A stretch of 64,000 nucleotides of DNA from an uncultured Verrucomicrobiae bacterium. Its GTDB lineage: Bacteria > Verrucomicrobiota > Verrucomicrobiia > Limisphaerales > Palsa-1400. How positions within the stretch are numbered: position 1 is the stretch's first letter; each line of letters opens with the position of its first letter. The translations under genes and the position numbers were made by a program. The notes beneath the pieces were generated by a model. That model was not told the origin of the DNA. It did not search any database and worked only from the letters and a program-made list of their open reading frames with translations. Below are positions 48,475 to 58,622 of the stretch, one piece after another. Location of the stretch: NCBI GenBank assembly GCA_963707025.1, contig CAVPOM010000012.1, positions 320,001 through 384,000 on the forward strand, given 5' to 3'.

Positions 48475-51400
48475 ATGCGATATTCAATCCGAACAACCAA
48501 CCGATCCCTGGTTATTGGCGTCTTGACATTTGCTTTATTTGCGCTGGCGGCCACGTTTCGAGCGGAGGCTCAACCGGCGGTGACGATAACCCAGGGCCCC
48601 TCGGTGGCGATCACCAACGCCAATGGGTCCGTCAGTTACACGGTTAATATCGCGGACCCTGTTTTGGGAGTGGTTTCATTGGCGCCGGCCAGCATTCAAC
48701 TTAATGCGACCGGGACAGCGGCGGCGGCGGGCGTGGCGGTGACCGGGGCGGGCGGGAGCGCGACGAGCACGAATTTCGCGGTGACACTCTCCAGTTTGAG
48801 CGGCGACGGGACTCTGGGGATCATGGTGCTGGCCAATGCGGTGACGGACACGGCGAGCATGGGGAGTCCGGCCTCGACCAACAGCACCACCTTCATCGTG
48901 GACACGACCGCGCCGGTGGTGACGATAACCCAGGGCCCGTCGGTGGCGATCACCAACGCCAACGGGTCCGTCAGTTACACGGTTAATATCGCGGACCCCA
49001 ATTTGGGACCGGTGACCTTGGCGCCAGCCAGCATTCAAGTTAATGCGACCGGGACGGCGGCGGCGACGGGCGTGGTGGTGACCGGGGCGGGTGGGAGCGC
49101 GACGAGCACGAATTTCGCGGTGACACTCTCCAGTTTGAGCGGCGACGGGACTTTGGGGATCATGGTGCTGGCCAACGCGGTGACGGACACGGCGGGCAAT
49201 GGCAGTCTGGCCTCGACCAACAGCACCACCTTCATCGTGGACACGACCGCGCCGGTGGTGACGATAACCCAGGGCCCGTCGGTGGCGATCACCAACGCCA
49301 ACGGGTCCGTCAGTTACACGGTTAATATCACGGACCCCAATTTGGGACCGGTGGCCTTGGCGCCGGCCAGCATTCAAGTTAATGCGACCGGGACGGCGGC
49401 GGCGACGGGGGTGGCGGTGACCGGGGCGGGCGGGAGCGGGACGAGCACGAATTTCGCGGTGACACTCTCCAGTTTGAGCGGCGACGGGACTTTGGGGATC
49501 ACGGTGCTGGCCAACGCGGTGACGGACACGGCGGGCAATGGCAGTCTGGCCTCGACCAACAGCACCACCTTCATCGTGGACACGACCGCGCCGGTGGTGA
49601 CGATAACCCAGGGACCGTCGGTGGCGATCACCAACGCGAACGGGTCCGTCAGTTACACGGTTAATATCGCGGACCCCAGTTTGGGAACGGTGGCCTTGGC
49701 GCCGGGGAGCATTAAGGTTAATACAACCGGGACGGCGGCGGCGACGGGGGTGGCGGTGACCGGGGCGGGCGGGAGCGCGGCGAGCACGAATTTCGCGGTG
49801 ACACTCTCCAGTTTGAGCGGCAACGGGACTTTGGGGATCATGGTGCTGGCCAATGCGGTGACGGACACGGCGGGCAATGGCAGTCTGGCCTCGACCAACA
49901 GCACCGCCTTCATCGTGGACACGACCGCGCCGGTGGTGACGATAACCCAGGGACCGTCGGTGGCGATCACCAACGCGAACGGGTCCGTCAGTTACACGGT
50001 TAATATCGCGGACCCCAGTTTGGGAACGGTGGCCTTGGCGCCGGGGAGCATTAAGGTTAATACAACCGGGACGGCGGCGGCGACGGGGGTGGCGGTGACC
50101 GGGGCGGGCGGGAGCGCGGCGAGCACGAATTTCGCGGTGACACTCTCCAGTTTGAGCGGCAACGGGACTTTGGGGATCATGGTGCTGGCCAATGCGGTGA
50201 CGGACACGGCGGGCAATGGCAGTCTGGCCTCGACCAACAGCACCGCCTTCATCGTGGACACGACCGCGCCGGTGGTGACGATAACCCAGGGACCGTCGGT
50301 GGCGATCACCAACGCGAACGGGTCCGTCAGTTACACGGTTAATATCGCGGACCCCAGTTTGGGAACGGTAACCTTGGCGCCGGGGAACATTAAGGTTAAT
50401 ACAACCGGGACGGCGGCGGCGACGGGGGTGGCGGTGACCGGGGCGGGCGGGAGCGCGACGAGCACGAATTTCGCGGTGACACTCTCCAGTTTGAGCGGCA
50501 ACGGGACTCTGGGGATCATGGTGCTGGCCAATGCGGTGACGGACACGGCGGGCAATGGCAGTCTGGCCTCGACCAACAGCACCGCCTTCATCGTGGACAC
50601 GACCGCGCCGGTGGTGACGATAACCCAAGGCCCGTCGGTGGCGATCACCAACGCCAACGGGTTCGTCAGTTACACGGTTAATATCGCGGACCCCAGTTTG
50701 GGAACGGTGGCCTTGGCGCCGGGGAGCATTAAGGTTAATACAACCGGGACGGCGGCGGCGACGGGGGTGGCGGTGACCGGGGCGGGCGGGAGCGCGGCGA
50801 GCACGAATTTCGCGGTGACACTCTCCAGTTTGAGCGGCAACGGGACTTTGGGGATCATGGTGCTGGCCAATGCGGTGACGGACACGGCGGGCAACGGCAA
50901 TCTGGTCTCGACCAACAGCACCACCTTCATCGTGGACACGACCGCACCGGTGGTGACGATAACCCAAGGCCCGTCGGTGGCGATCACCAACGCCAATGGG
51001 TCCGTCAGTTACACGGTTAATATCGCGGACCCCAGTTTGGGAACGGTGACCTTGGCGCCGGGGAACATTAAGGTTAATACAACCGGGACGGCGGCGGCGG
51101 GCGTGGCGGTGACCGGGGCGGGTGGGAGCGGGACGAGCACGAATTTCGCGGTGACACTCTCCAGTTTGAGCGGCAACGGGACTTTGGGGATCATGGTGCT
51201 GGCCAATGCGGTGACGGACACGGCGGGCAATGGCAGTCTCGGCTCGACCAACAGCACCACCTTCATTGTGGACACCAACGCGCCGACGATTCAAATCAGT
51301 GCTCCGTCGCACCTTTATACCTCGTCCAATGTGGTCAGCTACACCGTGAGCTACTCCGATCCTCATTTGCTGACCACCACGTTGACGTCGGCGAACGTCA

Positions 51401-52839
51401 CGGTCAATCAACTCTCGGGGACGGCCCAAGGCACAGCGGTGGTTTTGGGCAGCGGCCCGGCATATACTGTGGCCGTGACCAACACCACCGGAAATGGGCA
51501 GTTGAGCATTACCATTGGCGCCGGCACGTCTTTGGACACGGCGGGCAATGCCAATCTGGCCACCAACAGCACGGCCTTTACGGTGGACAATATCAATCCC
51601 GCCGTCACGGTTGGTTTGCCGTCGGTGTCCCTCGCCAATGCCTCCGGCCAGGTGGGCTTTCAGGTGGATTACTACGACTTGAATTTTAGCACTGCGGCGC
51701 TGAAATCAAATGACGTGGTGGTCAGCGCCACCGGCACCGCCGCGGCCGGCAGCGTCACCGTGACCGGCGCCAGCAGCGGCGGACCGAGCACAAACTTTCT
51801 GGTCACACTGTCCGGCCTTACCGGCGACGGAACGCTGACCATCGCCGTCAACCCCGGGGTCGCTTCTGATTTGGCGGGGAATTTCGATGCGGGAGCGGCC
51901 TCGCCCACGAATTTTATACTTTACACGAACCCGCCGGCGGTGACCATCTCCGGTCCCAGCACCAACTTCGGCAATTCGGGCAGCCAGGTGACCTACACGG
52001 TGACGGTCAACGACCCCTATTTGATTGCACCCACGCTGGCCAGCAATGACATCGTCCAGGTTGCGGTGGGCAGCGCAAGGGCGACCAGTGTCACGGTGGC
52101 GAGTGGCGCCGGTTCAACGGCGACCAACGTCAACTTCACCGTCACTCTAGGCGGGTTGGTCGGGCAAGGCACACTCGGTTTCCGCCTGACCAACGGGTTT
52201 GCCTTGGACCTGGCCGGAAATGCCAACATCCAATCCACCAACAGCACCCCGTTTGCAGTGAGCGCCATTGCCCCGCAAATTGTGATAAGCGGCCCGTCTC
52301 CCGGCAAGACGACCAACGGCCCGGTGACTTACACGGTGAGTTATCGCTCCACCAATTCTTTCGTCAGCACGCTCAGCCTGGCCAACATCACCTTAAACCA
52401 GGCCGGCTCGGCCAACGGCACGCTGGTGCTGGCAGGCGCCTCCAATGCTTATACGCTGGTCATGACGAACATCAGCGGCACGGGCGCGCTGGGCATTTCC
52501 ATCGCGGCCGGCACGGCTTATGACACCAATGGAAATTATGCGCCCGCCGCCGGGCCAAGCGGGACGGTGGTGGTCCTCAGCGGCATTGGGGCGGCCGGGC
52601 AGGGGGCGGCCACCTTGGACATCCTGCCTCCGAGCGGCAATAGTGTAATTGTCACCCTCCACGGCATCGCCAGCGCCACCTACGTGGTGCAAGCGAACAC
52701 CAATTTGGCGAGCACGAACTGGTTGTCGGCCGGCACGACGACGTTGGACGGGTCTGGCAACGGCACATTGACCATATTGGGCGGCATTAACAGCAACCCT
52801 GCGGTCCCGGCGCAGTTTTACCGGGCGATTCTCCCCTAG
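48475..52839 (+). CDS. Secreted Ig-like repeat surface protein/adhesin
   Basis: Signal peptide, eight 113-aa near-identical repeats (DTAGNGS..STNST.FIVDTTAP), four divergent repeats, tail AQFYRAILP. Confidence 0.9.
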   Translation: MRYSIRTTNRSLVIGVLTFALFALAATFRAEAQPAVTITQGPSVAITNANGSVSYTVNIADPVLGVVSLAPASIQLNATGTAAAAGVAVTGAGGSATSTNFAVTLSSLSGDGTLGIMVLANAVTDTASMGSPASTNSTTFIVDTTAPVVTITQGPSVAITNANGSVSYTVNIADPNLGPVTLAPASIQVNATGTAAATGVVVTGAGGSATSTNFAVTLSSLSGDGTLGIMVLANAVTDTAGNGSLASTNSTTFIVDTTAPVVTITQGPSVAITNANGSVSYTVNITDPNLGPVALAPASIQVNATGTAAATGVAVTGAGGSGTSTNFAVTLSSLSGDGTLGITVLANAVTDTAGNGSLASTNSTTFIVDTTAPVVTITQGPSVAITNANGSVSYTVNIADPSLGTVALAPGSIKVNTTGTAAATGVAVTGAGGSAASTNFAVTLSSLSGNGTLGIMVLANAVTDTAGNGSLASTNSTAFIVDTTAPVVTITQGPSVAITNANGSVSYTVNIADPSLGTVALAPGSIKVNTTGTAAATGVAVTGAGGSAASTNFAVTLSSLSGNGTLGIMVLANAVTDTAGNGSLASTNSTAFIVDTTAPVVTITQGPSVAITNANGSVSYTVNIADPSLGTVTLAPGNIKVNTTGTAAATGVAVTGAGGSATSTNFAVTLSSLSGNGTLGIMVLANAVTDTAGNGSLASTNSTAFIVDTTAPVVTITQGPSVAITNANGFVSYTVNIADPSLGTVALAPGSIKVNTTGTAAATGVAVTGAGGSAASTNFAVTLSSLSGNGTLGIMVLANAVTDTAGNGNLVSTNSTTFIVDTTAPVVTITQGPSVAITNANGSVSYTVNIADPSLGTVTLAPGNIKVNTTGTAAAGVAVTGAGGSGTSTNFAVTLSSLSGNGTLGIMVLANAVTDTAGNGSLGSTNSTTFIVDTNAPTIQISAPSHLYTSSNVVSYTVSYSDPHLLTTTLTSANVTVNQLSGTAQGTAVVLGSGPAYTVAVTNTTGNGQLSITIGAGTSLDTAGNANLATNSTAFTVDNINPAVTVGLPSVSLANASGQVGFQVDYYDLNFSTAALKSNDVVVSATGTAAAGSVTVTGASSGGPSTNFLVTLSGLTGDGTLTIAVNPGVASDLAGNFDAGAASPTNFILYTNPPAVTISGPSTNFGNSGSQVTYTVTVNDPYLIAPTLASNDIVQVAVGSARATSVTVASGAGSTATNVNFTVTLGGLVGQGTLGFRLTNGFALDLAGNANIQSTNSTPFAVSAIAPQIVISGPSPGKTTNGPVTYTVSYRSTNSFVSTLSLANITLNQAGSANGTLVLAGASNAYTLVMTNISGTGALGISIAAGTAYDTNGNYAPAAGPSGTVVVLSGIGAAGQGAATLDILPPSGNSVIVTLHGIASATYVVQANTNLASTNWLSAGTTTLDGSGNGTLTILGGINSNPAVPAQFYRAILP
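48580..51288 (+). repeat. Eight tandem 339-bp coding repeats
   Basis: GTGACGATAACCCA at 48580, 48919, 49258, 49597, 49936, 50275, 50614 and 50953. Confidence 0.95.
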
Positions 52840-52842
52840 CTT

Positions 52843-53331
52843 ATGAATATATTATTCCGGTCTATAGCGCTGGCGGCGTTGGCCACGGCTTTAACCTCCG
52901 GCTGTGCTTCCGACAAGCTGCACCGTCCTGATTCCATCGCCATTGTGCCCAAGACCTCATTCTCCGTGCCGGTGGATCTGGTCTTCGTGTCCAAAGAGAA
53001 CTTCCAGGACATTATGGCTTATGATGTGGACAAATACTGGAGCCCCAATGATCCGGTCCGCAAGGCCGCCGATAAATTCGAGGTCACCGTTTCCGGCGGC
53101 AAGGCGATGCCCGCGGCACTGGTGATTGACGATGGCGTTTGGGCCAAATGGCATGGGAGCGGTGTGGCCCACGTGGTCGCCATTGCCGATCTCCGGGGCG
53201 ACGACTTCAAAGGATTGGGCCGCCTGGATACGCGGCGGGCTGATATTGACTTGAAGGATAAGTTTGTGGATAAAACCGTTGTCGTGGAAATCCAGGACAA
53301 AGCCGTAAAAATAATAACCCTCAAGAAATGA
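52843..53331 (+). CDS. Lipoprotein, possibly TssJ-like
   Basis: Lipobox LTSGC, beta-rich, 162 aa, VPVDLVFV...KYW. The TssJ likeness is a tentative impression only. Confidence 0.7.
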   Translation: MNILFRSIALAALATALTSGCASDKLHRPDSIAIVPKTSFSVPVDLVFVSKENFQDIMAYDVDKYWSPNDPVRKAADKFEVTVSGGKAMPAALVIDDGVWAKWHGSGVAHVVAIADLRGDDFKGLGRLDTRRADIDLKDKFVDKTVVVEIQDKAVKIITLKK

Positions 53332-53421
53332 CAGCCATGGCGCAACGGTTCTCCCGGCTAATGTCCGTTGCGCCGCCCTCCCAAGCCCCCGCCGGAGCGC
53401 GGGCTGTTGCCTGGTTCCACC

Positions 53422-56400
53422 ATGAGCGATTATAGGGATTACGAGGTGTTCAAGCAGTTGGGCGGCGATATTCGCTCTGAAATCGTTTTGGCGCGAAAAC
53501 CGGGTTCCAAGCGTGTCGTTCTTCTCAAAACGCTGAAATTGGAGACGCTGTCGGCGGGCGTCGGCGCGTTTATGGAGCCCGGGTGCCCGCCTTCGAGGAG
53601 TTGGGCGGCGACGCCCGGATCCCTTACATCGAGGCGATCAAGGCCCAAGGCGCCGCCGCGCGCGTCAGCAACTCCCACATGGCGCCGATTCACGACCTGT
53701 TCCCCACGGAGGAAGGCGTCTGTTTTGCCACCGACTTCTATGAGAACGGTTCGCTCAGAAACAAGATTCGTTTAAACCAGCCCAACCACCGGGTGCTGCA
53801 AAACGTCATCGGCGGCATCCTGCATGGTTTGTCGTGCTTAAGATCGGTCGCCCATCGCGGGCACGGCAGCCTGCATACCGACAATGTTATGCTCGGCGGC
53901 GGTCCGGGAACGCCCCTGCGGGAATGTCCTGTCTTCCTGACCGATGTGGCTCCCATCACGGCGCAAAGCCCCGCGGAGATGGAGACGGAGGACCTTCATG
54001 CCGTCGGGCAAATCCTTTACCAGTTGGTCATGCGCAAGGTGGAAGACCGCAAGGAAGGTTTTCCCTTCCCGGTCCGCTCTTCGCCGGAATGGGACGGGCT
54101 GGGTGACAAGGACGGATTCTGGCTGCGCCTCTGCAACCGGTTGCTGGATCCCGACCTGGCGCCCGGCGCCGAATCGCCCGAAGCCCTGCTGCGGGAAATT
54201 GGCCGGCCCGCCTCGCGCAAGCCCATTCTGATTGCGGCAGGCCTGTTGCTCGCTGCGGCGGCCGGTATCGGGGTCTGGCTGGTCATCCCCCGCAAGACCG
54301 TTATTCTGCCGCCTCATTTGACCATTGTCTCGATGACCCCAAGCGACGGGAGAGTAACAAATGGGCAGACGATGACCTGGCAATTCAAGCTCGATCATCC
54401 GGGTGGGCCGATTTCCGCGCCGCAATTGCATCAAGAATTGAAGCCGGATGCGGATGGTCTTTACACCTTTGCCACCACTCCGAGCCTTGGCGCGCCGGCC
54501 GGGCGCACCAACATCTTGATTTCAGATGGCGGGGCGCTCTCGACCAATCTGGCCTTCGAGATTGTTCCGCCGCCGTCGCCTTACCTGAGCATGGACTCGA
54601 CGATTCCGGGTGACAGGAGAGTGATGATTGGGCAGACAATGACGTGGAAATTCAGGGTCGCGAATACGGCCGGGCCGATTTCCGCGCCGCAATTGCATAT
54701 AGAATTGAAGCCGGATGCGAATGGTCTTTACACGCTGACCAATGTTCCGAGTCCTGGCACGCCCACGGGCCGCTCCTACATCTTGATTTCGGATGGAGGG
54801 ACGCTCTCGACCAATCTAGCCTTCGAGATTGTTTCGCCGCCGCCGCCTTACCTGGCCATAGTCTCGATGGTTCCGAATGACGGGAGAGTGATCATTGGGC
54901 AGACAATGACGTGGAAATTCAGGGTCGCGAATACGGCCGGGACGATTGTCGCGCCGCAATTGAATCAGCAACTGCAGCCAGATGCGAACGGTGTTTACAC
55001 GCTTGCCAACACTCCGAGTCCTGGCGCGCTTGTGGGGCGCACCAACATCTTGATTTCGGATGGAGGGACGCTCTCGACCAACCTAGCCTTCGAGATTGTT
55101 TCGCCGCCTCCGCCTTACCTGGCCATAGTCTCGATGGTTCCGAGTGACGGGAGAGTGATGATTGGGCAGACGATGACCTGGAAGTTCAAGGTCGCGAATA
55201 CGGCCGGGACGATTGTCGCGCCGCAATTGAATCAGCAATTGCGCCCAGATGCGAACGGTGTTTACACGCTTACCAATGCTCCAAGCCCTGGCACGCCCAC
55301 GGGCCGCTCCTACATCTTGATTTCGGATGGAGGGACGCTCTCGACCAATCTAGCCTTCGAGATTGTTTCGCGGCCGGCGTCTTACCTGACCGTAGTCTCG
55401 ATGGTTCCGAGTGACGGGAGAGTGATGGTTGGGCAGACGATGACCTGGAAGTTCAGGGTTGCGAATACGGCCGGGACGATTGTCGCGCCGCAATTGAATC
55501 AGCAATTGCAGCCAGATGCGAACGGTGTTTACACGCTTACCAATGCTCCAAGCCCTGGCGCGCCTGTGGGGCGCACCAGCATCTTGATTTCGGATGGAGG
55601 GACGCTCTCGACCAATCTAGCCTTCGAGATAGTTTCGCGGCCGGCGTCTTACCTGACCATAGTCTCGATGGTTCCGAGTGACGGGAGAGTGATGGTTGGG
55701 CAGACGATGACCTGGAAGTTCAGGGTTGCGAATACGGCCGGGACGATTGTCGCGCCGCAATTGAATCAGCAATTGCAGCCAGATGCGAACGGTGTTTACA
55801 CGCTTGCCAACACTCCGAGCCCTGGCGCGCCTGTGGGGCGCACCAGCATCTTGATTTCGGATGGAGGAACGCTCTCGACCAATCTAGCCTTCGAGATTGT
55901 TTCGCGGCCGGCGTCTTACCTGACCATAGACTCGATGGTTCCGAGTGACAGGAGAGTGATGATTGGGCAGACGATGACGTGGAAATTCAGGGTCGCGAAT
56001 ACGGTCGGGGCGATTTCCGCGCCGCAATTGCATATAGAATTGAAGCCGGATGCGAACGGTCTTTACACCCTGACCAATGCTCCGAGTCCCGGCACGCCCA
56101 CGGGCCGTTCCTACATCTTGATTTCGGATGGAGGGACGTTCTCGACCAATCTAGCCTTCGAGATAGTTCGGCCGCCGCCGCCCGCCCTGACCGTCCAATC
56201 CAGCAACCCAGCCAACGCCGAAGCCGGAACGCTGATTACTTGGATTTTGTCGGTTGACGTCGGCCTCTTTCCCGAGCGTCCGGACTGCTCGGCCAAATCC
56301 TCCAATCCCGAACTGATTCCCGATCAGAGTCTGACCGCCAATTTGGCCCCGGCGGGCAATGGGAAATACACATTAACTGTGACGGCCCAATCCAGCAAAG

Positions 56401-58334
56401 GAACGAACGGCTCCGGCCAAATTGTCATTCAGGCGAATGTTCCGGGAAGTGAAACCGCGACGACAAACCTGGCTTATCATATTGTGCCTGTTCCGCTGCC
56501 GGAATTGAGACTAATGAATCCATTGCCGCTGGTCCTGGCAGCCGATTCCAACTCGATCCCGCTGCGCTTCGCGTTGAGCGATGGGAGGGTGTCTGCCCAA
56601 GAGCTGGGCTTCTCCGTGGATCTCAGTCCCAGGAACATTCTTGATCAGTCCAACCAAATTGACGGCTCCATCCGGTGGGTGACGCTCACGCGCCTGCCCG
56701 GAACCAACGGCTTAGTCACCATCAAAGCCATTGTTATTGCGGGCGACCGAACCAACAGTGCCAGCTATAAACTTACGGTGGAGGCGGTCAAGCCGCCGGC
56801 CCTGGTGCTGGCCGGCTCCGCCAACACCGATCTGGATGTGAATGCCGCCAGCGAGATGGCGCTCATCCCATGCAGCACACCGGATTCCAAACAGCTCCAC
56901 ATGGAGATTCTGGGAATAAAAATTATGCCGGCAAATTCGCCGCTTCTGGACACCAACGGCATCAAGTTCGAGCCTGGGCAGGCGCCGGACACCAACCGCG
57001 GCTTCATTGTGTTGCAGCCCAACCGCGGCTATGTCGGCACAGCCACGGTGACCGTCCGCGCCACCGCGGCCGGCGCGACTCCGGCCCAATTTGCCATCGG
57101 GTTGACCGTCGGCGGTGACATTCACCCCCCCAAAATCAAACTTTCCGCAGACGCTATGACGCTGGAACAAGACCAGACCAACCAAATTGGCGTGACGGTG
57201 GACGACGAGTATTCGCCAGCGGGCTTATCGTGGGAGGTCTTATCCCCTCCGCAGAGCTTCGTGTCTGTCAAGCCGGACATGCCGCAGCGCATCGTGACCC
57301 TCACCGGCCAGGCGCCGGGAAAGGCGACCGTTGCCGTCCGCGCGACCGCCCGCAACGGCAGCAACAGCACCGCCAATTTGACGGTCAATGTTCTTCCCGC
57401 CGAGCCGCCTCAATTCCCCATTTTTCCCGACAGCCCGGTCCAGTACCCCAAGGGCCTCCCGGTCAAGATTCAGATTGCCGACAATGCGACGCCGCCGGGG
57501 GCCATCCGCCTGGACTTCCCCGGATTATCCTGGGAGAAGACGAATTGGACCCGGACTACAAATGTGGGGGCCAACCATGTCGAGCTGACGCTCAACCTGA
57601 GCGGACCGCCGGAGGAGGACGCAACCGGGCAGACTTTTGAAATCACCGCCACCGATTTGGCCGGCCATGCCGCCACAAAACGGCTGGAGTTTGTCTTCCC
57701 TCCACGATCGAATTTGTACACCAATGACGCGACGGGCATGGTCCTGGCCTGGGTGAAGGGCTTGCCGGAGACAACCGGCGCCGCCTGGCCGGTGGACGGC
57801 CGCAGCGGCGGTGGCTGGGTCGGCAAGTACGAGGTGATGCAAGGGCAGTTCGCAAAGGTGCTGGGGACCAATCCCAGCGCGAACCAGGGCGACCCCAATT
57901 TTCCGGTGGAGAACATGAGCCTGGCGCAGGCCAGCGAGTTTTGCGATAAATTGACTGCGGGAGACCCCAACCTCCGAGGCTGGCGTTATGCCTTGCCCTC
58001 TGAGCAGCAATGGCTCTGGTTTGCCGGGAAGCAGCCGCCCATGAACGCCAACGGGAATTTCACCAATTTCGCCAATTACCAGATGAGCGGTTTCGGCAAG
58101 CCCATTGCCGTTGGCTCGCTGGAGTCCAACAGGTTCGGCCTTTACGATGTCTTTGGCAATGTCGGTGAATTGACCGGAACACGCAATCCGGGCAACGCCA
58201 AATATCAAGCTTACAAGGGAGGGAGTTTTAGACAAACCAGCCCCGCCTTGGCTCCAGAGTGGCCTGGATACACCGATAAACCCGAAAACAACATCGGCTT
58301 CCGCGTCGTCCTGGTGCCGGTGGCGGGGAAATAG
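53422..58334 (+). CDS. Pseudokinase + TM + seven 89-aa repeats + Ig-like + FGE-sulfatase (SUMF1-like) protein. Frameshift near 53582
   Basis: YEVFKQLGG..VVLLKTL; HGSLHTDNVML; FLTD; EDLHAVG; TM. C-terminal GKYEVMQGQF, PVEN, YALPSEQQW, NRFGLYDVFGNVGE, NIGFRVV. Adding one G at CCCGGGTG joins the two ORFs. Confidence 0.85.
54312..56180 (+). repeat. Seven tandem 267-bp coding repeats
   Basis: GQTMTWKF...ILISDGGTLSTNLAFEIV repeated seven times. Confidence 0.93.
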
Positions 58335-58622
58335 CCCGGCGCCTGTCAAGGCAACCACTTGACAATGCCAGGACCGTGCCGGAGCGCGGCCGTCCGTGGC
58401 CTTCGGCCGCGGCCCGGCTCACCGGGGCGGAGGCCGTCGTCGCCTTGGTTTTTTGGGGCCTGCTGTCCCGGTATTTTTTTTAACTTTTTCCTTGCATTTT
58501 TTGGTGTACAGCGTCAAAACGGCCTTCGTTGTAATGAGAGACTGGCTGCGTAAGTGTATTGCGCAAGCGCGCCAGGGGGGCGGTTTGGATTTGGCCGGTG
58601 AATTTGGACGGCAGAAAAATGT

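Noticed and set aside
57700..58334. FGE-fold domain as a DGR target
   Set aside because: No template repeat or reverse transcriptase is in the window.
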